From Kofleriaceae bacterium (GTDB taxonomy: Bacteria; Myxococcota_A; Polyangia; Haliangiales; Haliangiaceae), in contig JAWKQX010000006.1 in assembly GCA_041389925.1 (NCBI GenBank), positions 471,837-535,836 on the forward strand: a stretch of DNA of 64,000 bases. The letters run 5' to 3'. Numbering within the stretch: the stretch's first letter is position 1; every line of letters starts with the position of its first letter. Position numbers and translations under genes: made by a program. Shown here one piece after another: positions 14,330 through 24,237 of the stretch. The notes under the pieces were generated by a model, which searched no databases, had not been told where the DNA came from, and worked only from the letters and a program-made list of their open reading frames with translations.

Positions 14330-14768
14330 TTAGCCTCCGGGCCCGGGCTCCGCCAGCGCAGCGCCGAACGCCTTCCGGATCTCCTCGGGGATGCGCTGCG
14401 GCCGGCCGTCCTCGAAGCTGACGAACGCCCACAGCGTCTTGCCTCGACACACGACCTGTGAGTCGCGCTCGCGCACGATCTCGGTGCGGCGAACGCACGA
14501 CGCGGCCTTGAGTGACTCGACCCAGGTCTCCAGGCGAACAACCTCACCCAGCAGGACCGGCGCGACATAGTCCAGCTCGTGGCGGCGCACGACGAAGATC
14601 GCCCCATGTGCTCGGTAACGTGAGAACGGCCACCCCAGCTCCGCGGAGTGAGCTACCGCGATGTCCTGCACCCAGCGCAGGTACACCAGGTTGGAGACGT
14701 GGTTGACCTCATCAATGTCGTCGGCCTTGGTCGTGACCTGTAGGCTGAAGCGCGAGGGCATGAGCATG
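14330..14768 (-). CDS. Acyl-CoA thioesterase, hotdog/4HBT (YbgC-like)
   Basis: Start MLMPSRF at 14768. The hotdog-fold pattern includes the conserved Asp (DIDEVNHVSN). About 146 aa. Convergent with the MenH-like hydrolase. Confidence 0.7.
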
Positions 14769-14872
14769 TCACGATAGCGGCTCTCGGAACGGCCACGAAA
14801 GAAAAAGAGGGTCCCTTTCGGGACCCTCTTTTCTTCCAGCAACGAGGCTAGAACGAACGTACGTTCTTCAGA

Positions 14873-17800
14873 CTAGAACTGCTGCGACAACCGGGCATAC
14901 ACGAAGCGGCCCAAGAAGTCGTAGTCGGGGTCCGAGTCCGCGTAGAAGCCGTCGTAGATCAGCGGCGGATCCTGGTCGAGGACGTTGTTCATACCAACGG
15001 ACAGCGAGGTGACGCCAGCCGGGCTCTTGATCTGGTAGCCCGCGAAGATGTCCGTCGTGATGTTGGAAGGCACCTTGCGCGTGTTCTCGGCACGCGTCGC
15101 AGCATCTTCCTCGGCGAGGCCGTTGCAGTCGAGATCCTTGCACTCATCATAGCCGGAGATGAACCGGATGTTGAGGCCAGCGCTGAGGCCGTCCTTCGCC
15201 CACGAGGTGGTGAAGTTGGTCTTCAGGTCGGGGAAGACACCGAAGTCGTAGTTCCCCTTCGCCGAGAAGGTCTGGATCGTGTTGTCGATGTCGTACGAGT
15301 TCAGGTAGGTGCCCTCGAACGAGTGGCGTAGACGACCGAACGAGTACGTGTGATCGTACGAGATCGAGAAGTCGATACCCGAGGTCGCGTTGCCACCGAC
15401 GTTGTCAATCGCGTTATCGATGAAGTCGATGCGGTAGCCCTGCGCCGCGTTCCGGTGGATCTTGTCGCAGAACTGATCGAGGTCGCGGCTGTAGCAGTTC
15501 GAGAGGATCACGCCCGCGCCCAGCGCCTGGATGGCCTTCTGGATGTCGACGTTGAAGTAGTCGATGGTGAGCGCGAGTCCCTTGACCATCGGGGGCTCGA
15601 ACACCACGCCGGCGGTGAGAACGTTCGCCGTCTCCTCGCTCAGGTTGGGATTGCCACCGACGATCGCGCGCTGCTGCGAGGTGCGGAAGGCCGCGTTGGT
15701 CGGAACACCCTGCTCCGCGCAGCGCCTGGCGGCGATGGGGTCAAGGACGACAGGCGGCGAGCCAGCCGGACGGCCGGGCGGGGTCGTGTCACAGGGGTCC
15801 TTGACGCCGGGGAAGCTGTCCGACAGACCGCCGTACAGCGCGGCGACGCTCGGCGCGCGGAAGGCAGTGGAGTAGGTTCCACGGAAACCAAGCCCCGCGA
15901 CGGTGCGGAACAGACCGCCGACCTTCCAGGTCGCGCCAGAGCCGAAGGTGTCGTAGTCGAACGCGCGAGCCGCGACGTTGACCTCGAGCCACTTGACTGC
16001 GCCCATGCCGACCACCGGGACGGCAGACAGCTCAGCGTAGCCCTCCTTGACGCTGTACGAGCCATCGGTCGGCGCGCTCGCGTTACCCGTGGTGTCGCCA
16101 GTGGCGGTCAGCGGGTCAGGCGTGAAGCCGCCACCCTCTTCGCGGTAGTCCGCGCCGACGGCCAGCGCGATGTCGCCACCCCACGGGGTCTTGGCCAAGC
16201 GACCATGCATGCTCGCCAGCACCGTCTGCTGACGGTTGTAGCCGCTGGAGATGCCGGTGTACGTCGTGTAGTCGATCATCTCCTGGGTGACCGCCTTCGC
16301 ATCGGCGCCCGCGAGAAGGTTCAGCGGCACGCAGCCACGGATGGTCGCTTCGGGCGTACCACAGCGGGCGACGCCGTTCGCGTCGAAGTAGCTCGGGCCC
16401 AGGGCGTTGGCGACGCGGCTGTTGATCAGGTTGCCGCGGTTCTCCGTGGTGGCCTGGGTCCGACCGAAGTTGTAGGACAGCTCCCACTTCCAGTCGGCAA
16501 TGCCGGGGATACTCTCGGGGACCGAGCCGTCGAAACCAGCGACCATCCGGAACGTGTCGACGTTCTCAAGCGAACGGCGCGGTCCGAACTCGATCAGACG
16601 GCGGTTGTAGCCCTGCAGAGTATAGCCAGTCGGGTTGTACACGCTCGCCGCCGAGATCGGGGCGCGGTTGGCGCTGAACGGCTCAGGCGCCAGACGCTGG
16701 TCCGACTTGCGGTTGATGTAGCTTCCCTCGAAGAAGGCCCGCACGTTGTTGGTCAGCTTGTACGCGCCGGTGCTGAACACGTTGTAGCGCTCCGACGGCG
16801 TGAGCAGGTAGTTCTCCGGCTGGTAGTTGTAGAAGTCATCCGGGAACGAGAACGGAATGAACTCGTTCGGGCCGCCGCGGCGGCAGTACTGAATGGGCGT
16901 GCCGTCGTCCTCCAGACCGCACAGGTTGACGCCGTCATCCTCGGGCATGCCGTCGCCGTCGGTGTCGATCCGGTAGGCGTCGATGAAGCCGTAGGGCGCG
17001 GACACGGAGCCGCTGTTCGAGCTCTCCTTGAGCTCGTAATCGAACTCCTTGTCGTGATCCGAGAAGCTGCGGTCACCGGCGAACACGGGCTCCTGGCTCT
17101 GGTAGCCGGCGGAGAAGAGAATGTTGCCCTTCTTGCTGGTGGTGCCGGAGACCAGGCTCAGGTCGTAGCCGAAGCCATCGCCGCGGGTGGTGCTACCCGT
17201 GTAGATGGTCGCCTCGCTGCCGTTGAGGTCGGTGCGCGTGATGATGTTCACCACGCCGCCGATCGCATCGGAGCCGTAGATCGCCGAGGCGCCGTCCTTG
17301 AGGACCTCGACGCGCTCGATCACGGCCAGCGGGATGGCGTTGATGTCCACCGACGAGTCGGCGCCCGTTCCACCCGGGACCACGCGGCGGCCGTTGACCA
17401 GCGTCAGGGTACGCGCGCTGCCAAGGCCGCGCAGGTTGATGCGCGTCGAGCCGTCGCCGCCGTTGTTGGCCTGGGCGTTGATGCCGTTCGACTGCGCGGG
17501 GAGGTTCTGGAGAATGTCACCGACCGTCGAGAGGCCCGAGGCCTCGAGGTCCGCCTTGTCAACGACGGACACCGGCGCGGCGGTGGTGAGCTCGCGGCGC
17601 TCGATGGCGGAGCCGGTCACGACGATGACCTCGTCGCTGGCCTCGGCCTCGGCCTCGGCGAGCGCGGCGAGCTCCTCATCGGTGAGCTGCGGCGCCGGGG
17701 CCGGCGCCGGGGTCTCCGGAACCGGAGCGGGCGCGACCGAGGAGGTCAGCGCGACCTTGGCCGAGCCGTCCGCGGAAGTCACCGTCACGGACGACGGGTT

Positions 17801-18316
17801 GTGACCCTCGGCCTCGATGTCGAGGACCAGGTCCTCCATGCCGACGTCCTTGAGGACGAAGAGCCCATCCGGATCCGTCTGCGCGACGATCTCCGTGCCC
17901 TGCACGCGGATCGTGGCGTTGGCGAGACCGAGCCCGGAGGCGCTGTCTCGGACGAGGACGGTGATGGCGCGAGTGGGAGGAGGCGGAGGCGGGAGCTGCT
18001 TCGAGAGGGTGGCGGCGAAGATCGTGTTTCCGCGGCCGGCCTTCACCGGGATCTCGACGGAGACATAACCCTCGGCGCTTACCTGAACCACGACCTCGCC
18101 AGCCGGCACCTTCGCGAGCGTGAAGGTCCCGTCCTCACCCGTCGTGACGGTGAGGGTCTTGTCCTTGATCTGGATCGTCGCTCCGGCTACGCCACCCCCG
18201 CCGTCGGCGGTGATGATTACACCGGTCAAGGTGCGCGTGGCCTGAGCCATCGCGGCTCCGCTCCACGCTAATAGCAGTGAGATCACTGCAAACGAACAAG
18301 CCAATCTCAATCTCAT
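14873..18316 (-). CDS. TonB-dependent outer-membrane receptor with N-terminal carboxypeptidase-regulatory-like domains (Oar-like)
   Basis: Start MRLRLACSF at 18316 with a signal peptide. Two CarbopepD_reg-like Ig-fold segments precede a plug region (DEVIVVTGSAIERRE...VEVLKDGASAIYGSDAIGGVVNI). A long beta-barrel follows and the protein ends ...ARLSQQF with a terminal Phe. Confidence 0.85.
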   Translation of the reverse strand: MRLRLACSFAVISLLLAWSGAAMAQATRTLTGVIITADGGGGVAGATIQIKDKTLTVTTGEDGTFTLAKVPAGEVVVQVSAEGYVSVEIPVKAGRGNTIFAATLSKQLPPPPPPTRAITVLVRDSASGLGLANATIRVQGTEIVAQTDPDGLFVLKDVGMEDLVLDIEAEGHNPSSVTVTSADGSAKVALTSSVAPAPVPETPAPAPAPQLTDEELAALAEAEAEASDEVIVVTGSAIERRELTTAAPVSVVDKADLEASGLSTVGDILQNLPAQSNGINAQANNGGDGSTRINLRGLGSARTLTLVNGRRVVPGGTGADSSVDINAIPLAVIERVEVLKDGASAIYGSDAIGGVVNIITRTDLNGSEATIYTGSTTRGDGFGYDLSLVSGTTSKKGNILFSAGYQSQEPVFAGDRSFSDHDKEFDYELKESSNSGSVSAPYGFIDAYRIDTDGDGMPEDDGVNLCGLEDDGTPIQYCRRGGPNEFIPFSFPDDFYNYQPENYLLTPSERYNVFSTGAYKLTNNVRAFFEGSYINRKSDQRLAPEPFSANRAPISAASVYNPTGYTLQGYNRRLIEFGPRRSLENVDTFRMVAGFDGSVPESIPGIADWKWELSYNFGRTQATTENRGNLINSRVANALGPSYFDANGVARCGTPEATIRGCVPLNLLAGADAKAVTQEMIDYTTYTGISSGYNRQQTVLASMHGRLAKTPWGGDIALAVGADYREEGGGFTPDPLTATGDTTGNASAPTDGSYSVKEGYAELSAVPVVGMGAVKWLEVNVAARAFDYDTFGSGATWKVGGLFRTVAGLGFRGTYSTAFRAPSVAALYGGLSDSFPGVKDPCDTTPPGRPAGSPPVVLDPIAARRCAEQGVPTNAAFRTSQQRAIVGGNPNLSEETANVLTAGVVFEPPMVKGLALTIDYFNVDIQKAIQALGAGVILSNCYSRDLDQFCDKIHRNAAQGYRIDFIDNAIDNVGGNATSGIDFSISYDHTYSFGRLRHSFEGTYLNSYDIDNTIQTFSAKGNYDFGVFPDLKTNFTTSWAKDGLSAGLNIRFISGYDECKDLDCNGLAEEDAATRAENTRKVPSNITTDIFAGYQIKSPAGVTSLSVGMNNVLDQDPPLIYDGFYADSDPDYDFLGRFVYARLSQQF

Positions 18317-18570
18317 GTGGGCCTCCCTCTTAGTCCGGTCTGCATTGTTCCACCAGCTCGTGAAGATGAGCAAGGTGACTGGGCATTGCTTCGCGCGCTG
18401 CTTGGAGGTGGCGCAGACCGCGCCAACTGCCAAAACCTCCCGAGCGGCGGAGCATTCATACGCTAGAACACTTCGCACTCTGGATGCCTCGACGCGACAG
18501 CCAGCGGCTGACCCCTGATGGCAATTTGTTAGGACCTGCGGGGCCCGGGACACAGCGAAATGTCGCAGGT

Positions 18571-18589
18571 AGCCCCGTTTTTCGGGGCT
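18571..18589. other. Perfect hairpin AGCCCCG-TTTTT-CGGGGCT in the 5' region of the Oar-like TBDR gene
   Basis: Read directly from the sequence. A 7-bp GC-rich stem with a 5-nt loop. It is followed by cttattttg on the + strand. Confidence 0.4.
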
Positions 18590-18759
18590 CGCATGTGCTT
18601 ATTTTGCCTTGAATAGTTAACTGTTTAACCCGTTTTGTGTAACTTATGTGACGTTGTTGAAACGCGTGAGGCAGCGCACTGATGCGTGGACGCATCGGTG
18701 TGGTCAACAGATCTCTTCATGACCGCTGCGAGCGAAAAAAAGCTCAAGTTCGCGTCACC

Positions 18760-20112
18760 CTAGCGCCTTGGCCCAGGTAGCACGACCTCGCCGCTTGCGG
18801 GCAGCGCGACCTCACCTTCCGCGGCGACGCCTGCGACAGTAGGCAGCGCGCCGACGTCCCCTGTAATGAGGCGCGCGCCGCGTTGAAACGTGATCCACGA
18901 CCACGCCCAATGAAACATCACGAGTAGTCGACTGCGAAACCCGACGAGAAACGCGATGTGCACGGCCCACCACATCACGTAGGCGAGGACGCCCGAGCCG
19001 GCGTATCGGCCGCTCGCGACGACCGCGGAAGAGCGGCCGATCGTCGCCATAGAGCCCTTGTCGCGGTAGCGAAACGGAGGTCTCACGGGCGCTCGTTCGG
19101 CGGTCGATCGGAGCTCGCGAGATAGGATCGACGCGACGTGTCGCCCGCTCTGGATCGCGCCTTGGGCCACGCCCGGGACGTCCTGACCGGCGCTGACCAT
19201 TCGCGCCAGATCGCCGATCACGAAGACCTCAGGGTGTCCCGGGATTGAGAGATCTTCCAGCACCTCGATCCGCCCGCTGCGGTCCCGCGGCGCGGGCAGC
19301 GAAGCCGCGAGCGGCGCGGCCTGGACTCCCGCCGCCCAGAGCACGGTGCGCGCCTCCAGTCTCTCGAGCGTCCCATCCAGACGGCGCAGCGTGATGCACT
19401 GTGGGTTGATGGAGACCACCTGGCTATCCAGTCGCACCTCCACGCGTCGCTTCTCCAGCGATCGTTGCGCCGCCGCCGAGAGCTTCGCGGGGTACGCGCC
19501 GAGCACGCGGTCTCGCCCTTCGATCAGCAGCACGCGCACCTTCGTGGGATCGATGCTCCGGAAGTCGCGCGCGAGGGTATGGAGGCCGATCTCGCCGAGC
19601 GCCCCCGCGAGCTCCACGCCGGTGGGGCCCGCGCCGACCACCGCGAAGGTCAGCCACGCGCGCTGCTCGCGCGGATCGACCTCGCGCTCGGCGGCCTCGT
19701 ACGCCAGGAAGATGCGGCGGCGGATCTCCAGCGCGTCCTCGATCGACTTGAGTCCCGGCGCGACGGCGGCCCAGTCCTGGCCGAAGTACGAGTGAGTGGC
19801 GCCGGCCGCGACGACGAGGTAGTCGTAGCGCAGCTCCCCCGCGTCCAGCAACACGCGCCGCCCGGCGACGTCGATCGAGCGAGCCTCGGCGAGCAGCACC
19901 CGCGCGTTCTGCTGGTCGCGGAGGACCGCGCGGATCGGGTAGGCGATGTCGCTGGGGTTGAGCGCCGCCGTCGCCACCTGGTAGAGCAGAGGCTGGAACA
20001 GGTGGTGGTTGCGGCGGTCGACGAGCGTGATCGCCACGTCGCTGCGCGCGAGGCGCCGCGCGACCTCGAGGCCGCCAAATCCTCCGCCGATGATGACCAG
20101 GTGCTTGGACAT
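18760..20112 (-). CDS. ndh: Type II NADH:quinone oxidoreductase (NDH-2)
   Basis: LVIIGGGFGGLE and VVGAGPTGVELAG are the two dinucleotide-binding motifs. There are C-terminal amphipathic/membrane helices. ATG confirmed at 20110-20112. Confidence 0.9.
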   Translation of the reverse strand: MSKHLVIIGGGFGGLEVARRLARSDVAITLVDRRNHHLFQPLLYQVATAALNPSDIAYPIRAVLRDQQNARVLLAEARSIDVAGRRVLLDAGELRYDYLVVAAGATHSYFGQDWAAVAPGLKSIEDALEIRRRIFLAYEAAEREVDPREQRAWLTFAVVGAGPTGVELAGALGEIGLHTLARDFRSIDPTKVRVLLIEGRDRVLGAYPAKLSAAAQRSLEKRRVEVRLDSQVVSINPQCITLRRLDGTLERLEARTVLWAAGVQAAPLAASLPAPRDRSGRIEVLEDLSIPGHPEVFVIGDLARMVSAGQDVPGVAQGAIQSGRHVASILSRELRSTAERAPVRPPFRYRDKGSMATIGRSSAVVASGRYAGSGVLAYVMWWAVHIAFLVGFRSRLLVMFHWAWSWITFQRGARLITGDVGALPTVAGVAAEGEVALPASGEVVLPGPRR

Positions 20113-20275
20113 GCGCGTCCTCCCGGGGGTGCCAGAGCCACCTCGGTCGTCACCGGATTCGATGCCGCGCTCACGCGCGGCGTCGTCCGTGGGGCTCTGT
20201 ATTCAAGGATGCCCGATCGGCGCCAATCGTCGCAATCGGCGGCAGGGGCCTTGATCGCCGCTGGCTCACTCGATC

Positions 20276-20950
20276 ATGATGGCGGCGCTTTGTCGGTCTT
20301 CCCCGACGGCGCCCCTCCGAGTGCATCCGTCCGTGACTCCACCAGCTTTTGATCGCAGCGCGAAGGCCGCGCTGCGCGCGCAGATCCTGTCACGCCGCGA
20401 CCAGCTCTCCGAGGGGTTTCGCGGCCGCGCGCAGCTCGCGATCCACGACCGGGCGGCGGAGGCCCTGGACGGACTCGCCGGTCTGGCCGGTCTGGCCGGT
20501 CTGGCCGCGGCGGACGTGGTCGCGCTCTACTCCGCGAAGGGCTCGGAGGTCGACGTCGGCGCTCTGGAGGCCCACGCGCGGCGCCTCGGCTTTCGCGTGG
20601 CGTATCCGCGCGTGGTGCGCGGGCAGCGCTGGCTGGCGTTTCACCTGGTGGACGGTGCGGCGCTGCGCCCAGGCCGCTTCGGGCTGCGCGAGCCCGCGCC
20701 GAGCGAGCCGGCGGCAGAGCCCGGGGCGATCGCCGCGTTCCTCGTGCCGGGCATCGCCTTCGACGAGGAAGGCGGGCGCTTGGGCTGGGGCCGAGGCTAC
20801 TACGACAGCACGTTTGCGCGCGCGCCCCAAGCCCGACGGCTGGGCGTCGCCTTCGAGTGTCAGGTCGCGGCGCGCGTGCCGCAGACCGAGCACGACATCT
20901 CCCTCCACGCCCTCTTCACGGAAGCCCGGGTTCGCCGCTTCGGCTCCTAG
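20276..20950 (+). CDS. 5-formyltetrahydrofolate cyclo-ligase (MTHFS family) with in-frame GLAGLAGLAGLA insertion
   Basis: KAALRAQILSRR, LVPGIAFDEEGGRLGWGRGYYD and the overall MTHFS layout. The start is uncertain because an alternative start codon is possible. Confidence 0.75.
   Translation: MMAALCRSSPTAPLRVHPSVTPPAFDRSAKAALRAQILSRRDQLSEGFRGRAQLAIHDRAAEALDGLAGLAGLAGLAAADVVALYSAKGSEVDVGALEAHARRLGFRVAYPRVVRGQRWLAFHLVDGAALRPGRFGLREPAPSEPAAEPGAIAAFLVPGIAFDEEGGRLGWGRGYYDSTFARAPQARRLGVAFECQVAARVPQTEHDISLHALFTEARVRRFGS
20477..20508. repeat. 9-bp tandem repeat (gccggtctg, 3.5 copies) inside the MTHFS-family gene
   Basis: Seen directly in the sequence. It encodes GLAGLAGLAGLA. Confidence 0.85.
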
Positions 20951-20965
20951 GCGCTGACCTACATC

Positions 20966-22549
20966 ATGCTTTTATTGTACATCGCGCTGGGAATTGTCGT
21001 CGGAGTCCTCGTCGGCGTGTTCGTGGGGCGGACCATGGCCAGGGGCGCGCGAGGCGCGCTCACCCAGGAGCTGGCCGAGGCGGAGGCGACCAAGATCCGC
21101 AGCGCGGCCGCCGCGGAGATCGCGGCGCTGCGCCAGGCCGCCGAGGTCGATGGCAAGGAGGTCGCGCTGCGCCTCAAGAACGAGGCCGATGAGGAGCTGC
21201 GGGCGCGGCGCGCGGAGCTGACCAAGCGCGAGGAGGCCCTCACGCAGCGCGATCGCGAGCTCGAGCGCGGCCGGCGCGACGCGGAGCGCCGCGCGGCGGA
21301 CCTGGAGAAGAAGGAGCGCAGCGTCGACGGCAAGCTCAAGCAGGCGGACAGCGCGGTGGAGAAGGCCGAGAGCGCGCAGGCCGCCGCCAAGCAGAAGCTC
21401 GAGGAGATCGCCGGGCTGACCTCGGAGGAGGCGCGGCGGCGGCTCGAGGCGGAGGTGCGCGAGCAGGCCATGGCCGACGCGGCCGCGGACATCAAGAAGA
21501 TCCAGGAGGACGCGGAGAAGGAGGCGGCCGGGCGCGCCAAGACCATCGTCGCCACCGCCATCCAGCGCTACGCGAGCGAGTTTGTCCACGAGCGCACCGT
21601 CGCGGTGATCCCGCTGCCATCGGATGATCTCAAGGGGCGGCTGATCGGGCGCGAGGGCCGCAACATCCGCGCACTCGAGGCGGCCACCGGGATCGACCTC
21701 ATCATCGACGACACCTCCGAGGCGATCACCATCTCGTGCTTCAACCCGGTGCGCCGGGAGGTCGCGCGGCTGGCGATCTCCGCGCTCGTCGCCGACGGCC
21801 GCATCCATCCGACGCGCATCGAGGAGCTGGTGCGCAAGGCCGAGAAGGACGTCGACAAGGTCTGCAAGGAGGCGGGGGAGCGCGCGGTGTTCGATCTCGG
21901 ACTCCATCGCGTGCACCCGGAGCTGGTGAAGCTGCTCGGGCGGCTCAAGTTCCGCCAGTCCTACGCGCAGAACGTGCTCCTGCACTCCGTCGAGGTCGGC
22001 TACCTCGCGGGGCTGATGGCCAGCGAGCTGGGCGCCAACGTCAAGCTGGCGCGTCGCGCGGGGCTGCTCCACGACCTCGGCAAGGCGGTGGACCACGAGC
22101 AAGAGGGGCCGCACGGGGAGGTCGGCGCGGCGGTGGCGCGCAAGTACGGCGAGTCGCCCAAGGTGTGCCAGGCCATCGCGTCCCATCACGGCGATCAAGC
22201 CGACGTGGCCGATCCGGCGCCGACCGCGGTGCTCGATCACATCGTCGCCGCCGCCAACGCGCTGTCCGCGGCGCGCCCGGGCGCGCGGCGCGAGCAGCTG
22301 GCGTCGTACGTCAAGCGCCTCGAGGATCTGGAGGCCATCTGCAAGCGCCACGGCGGCGTGGAGCGCGTGTTCGCGCTGCAGGCCGGGCGCGAGGTCCGGG
22401 TGATGGTCATGAACGACCAGATCGATGACGCCAAGGCGCTGCTCCTGTCCCGGCAGATCGCACACACGATCGAGAACGAGGCGAGCTACCCCGGCCAGGT
22501 CAAGGTCGTCGTCGTTCGTGAGACGCGCGCCTCGGATTACGCGCGCTGA
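20966..22549 (+). CDS. rny: Ribonuclease Y (TM anchor, coiled coil, KH and HD domains)
   Basis: The N-terminal TM helix is followed by a long Glu/Arg/Ala coiled coil. A KH domain (LIGREGRNIRALEAATGIDLIIDD) and an HD domain (LLHDLGKAVDHE...ASHHGD) follow. Confidence 0.92.
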   Translation: MLLLYIALGIVVGVLVGVFVGRTMARGARGALTQELAEAEATKIRSAAAAEIAALRQAAEVDGKEVALRLKNEADEELRARRAELTKREEALTQRDRELERGRRDAERRAADLEKKERSVDGKLKQADSAVEKAESAQAAAKQKLEEIAGLTSEEARRRLEAEVREQAMADAAADIKKIQEDAEKEAAGRAKTIVATAIQRYASEFVHERTVAVIPLPSDDLKGRLIGREGRNIRALEAATGIDLIIDDTSEAITISCFNPVRREVARLAISALVADGRIHPTRIEELVRKAEKDVDKVCKEAGERAVFDLGLHRVHPELVKLLGRLKFRQSYAQNVLLHSVEVGYLAGLMASELGANVKLARRAGLLHDLGKAVDHEQEGPHGEVGAAVARKYGESPKVCQAIASHHGDQADVADPAPTAVLDHIVAAANALSAARPGARREQLASYVKRLEDLEAICKRHGGVERVFALQAGREVRVMVMNDQIDDAKALLLSRQIAHTIENEASYPGQVKVVVVRETRASDYAR

Positions 22550-22944
22550 ACGAGCTTCAGCCGGCGATGCTGACAGCGCCAGTCGCGCGGCCGGCGCGGG
22601 CGCCGGCGCAGGGCTCCCCAGCGGGAGCGTCCGGAGCACGCGGATCGTCAAGGCCTCGCACGATCGGCTGGGCGTCTGTGTCTCGTCGAACCTCATCCAC
22701 GCGAAGTTCGCGCCGAGCGTCCGAGGCGCCTCGGCGCACAAGGACTACGCGTTTCACTAAACCCCAGGGCACACCTGGGGTGCCCCGCCGCGCACAGCCT
22801 GGTGGCAGCTACAACCAGGTGAGCTCGTGGGCCTCACCCAGGCCGCCGCCGTCGGCTGGCTGCGCCGCTCGGGGCGCCGGACCGCGACGGCGACTCGCGC
22901 ACGCTTGCGACGCCGTGCATGATCCGGGCTAGAGTACCGCCGCC

Positions 22945-24219
22945 ATGCACATCCTCGACGAGCTTCCCCTGCGCGGCCTCCTCGCCGACGTCACCGATCT
23001 ACCCGGGCTCAAGGATCTCCTCTCCCGCGAGGTGGTCTCGCTCTACGCCGGCTACGATCCCACGTCGTCGAGCCTCCACGTCGGCAACCTCGTCCCGGTC
23101 GTCTTGCAGATGCGCCTCCAGCGCGCCGGGCACCGCCCGATCGTCGTCGTGGGCGGCGCGACCGGCGTCGTCGGCGATCCCTCGGGGAAGAGCGCCGAGC
23201 GGGTGCTCCTCGACGACGACACCCTGGCGGTCAACGTCGCCGGCGTGCGCGCGCAGCTCGCGCGCTTCCTGGAGTTCGGCGACGGCCCGCGCGACGCCGT
23301 CATGGTCAACAACGCCGACTGGCTGCGCAGCTACGGCTACCTGGACTTCCTGCGCGACATCGGCAAGCACCTGACCATCAACTACATGATGGCGAAGGAC
23401 TCGGTGAAGAGCCGGCTCGAGGGCGAGCAGGGCATCAGCTACACCGAGTTCTCGTACATGCTCTTGCAGGCCTACGACTTCGTGCAGCTGTCGCGCAGCC
23501 ACGGGTGTCGCCTGCAGGTGGGCGGCTCCGATCAGTACGGCAACATCACCGCCGGGTGCGAGCTATCGCGCAAGCTCGGCGGGCCGCAGCTCTTCGGCCT
23601 CACCGCGCCGCTCTTGCTGGACTCGACCGGCCAGAAGATGGGCAAGACCTCCACGGGTGAGCGCGTCTGGCTCGACGCCGAGCGCACCACGCCGTACGCC
23701 TTCTACCAGTACTTCCTCAACACCACCGACGAGGAGGCGCCGCGGCTCCTGCGCCTGTTCTCGCTGCGGCCGCTCACCGAGCTCGAGGAGCTGACGCGCG
23801 CGCACGACGTCGATCGCGGCAAGCGCCTGGCGCAGCGCGAGCTGGCCGACTGCATGACGCGGTGGGTGCACGGCGCCGAGGCCGCCGGCCAGGTCGAGGC
23901 CGCGAGCCGCGTGATGTTCGGCGGCTCGCTGGAGGGCCTCACCGAGGGCGACTGGCGCATGCTCGCGACCATCATGCCGGTGGTCGAGCTGCCCGCCGCG
24001 GAGCTCGCCGCGGGCATCGGCATCGTCGACTTGCTGGCGCGCACCGTCGCGGACTCCAAGGGCGCGGCGCGCCGGCTCGTCCAGCAGGGCGGCGCCTACG
24101 TCAACAACGTCCGGGTCGCGGACCTCGAGCACAAGGTCACCGCCGAGCACCTCACGTCGCCGACGATGCTCGTGGTGCGCGGCGGCCGCAAGGACTATCG
24201 GCTGGTGCGCGTGCGGTGA
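22945..24219 (+). CDS. tyrS: Tyrosyl-tRNA synthetase
   Basis: HIGH-type motif (LHVGNL), KMSKS-type motif (KMGKTS), and a C-terminal S4-like domain. Confidence 0.95.
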   Translation: MHILDELPLRGLLADVTDLPGLKDLLSREVVSLYAGYDPTSSSLHVGNLVPVVLQMRLQRAGHRPIVVVGGATGVVGDPSGKSAERVLLDDDTLAVNVAGVRAQLARFLEFGDGPRDAVMVNNADWLRSYGYLDFLRDIGKHLTINYMMAKDSVKSRLEGEQGISYTEFSYMLLQAYDFVQLSRSHGCRLQVGGSDQYGNITAGCELSRKLGGPQLFGLTAPLLLDSTGQKMGKTSTGERVWLDAERTTPYAFYQYFLNTTDEEAPRLLRLFSLRPLTELEELTRAHDVDRGKRLAQRELADCMTRWVHGAEAAGQVEAASRVMFGGSLEGLTEGDWRMLATIMPVVELPAAELAAGIGIVDLLARTVADSKGAARRLVQQGGAYVNNVRVADLEHKVTAEHLTSPTMLVVRGGRKDYRLVRVR

Positions 24220-24237
24220 TCGGTGGTATGCGAGGGC

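Noticed and set aside
15350-18271. 973-aa ORF antisense to the Oar-like TBDR, with other long antisense ORFs (for example 20972..22741, 36312..38306, 46409..49297)
   Set aside because: These are high-GC antisense artefacts. In each case the sense strand carries a motif-supported gene.
18721-18760. Intrinsic terminator for ndh (GAGC-TTTTTTT-GCTC region on the minus strand)
   Set aside because: The stem is only 4 bp and the T-run falls in the loop rather than after the stem, so it is not a convincing terminator.
22745-22800. T-box riboswitch in the tyrS leader
   Set aside because: Only a loose resemblance to the T-box core. I could not identify a specifier loop, antiterminator or terminator geometry, and there is no U-tract.
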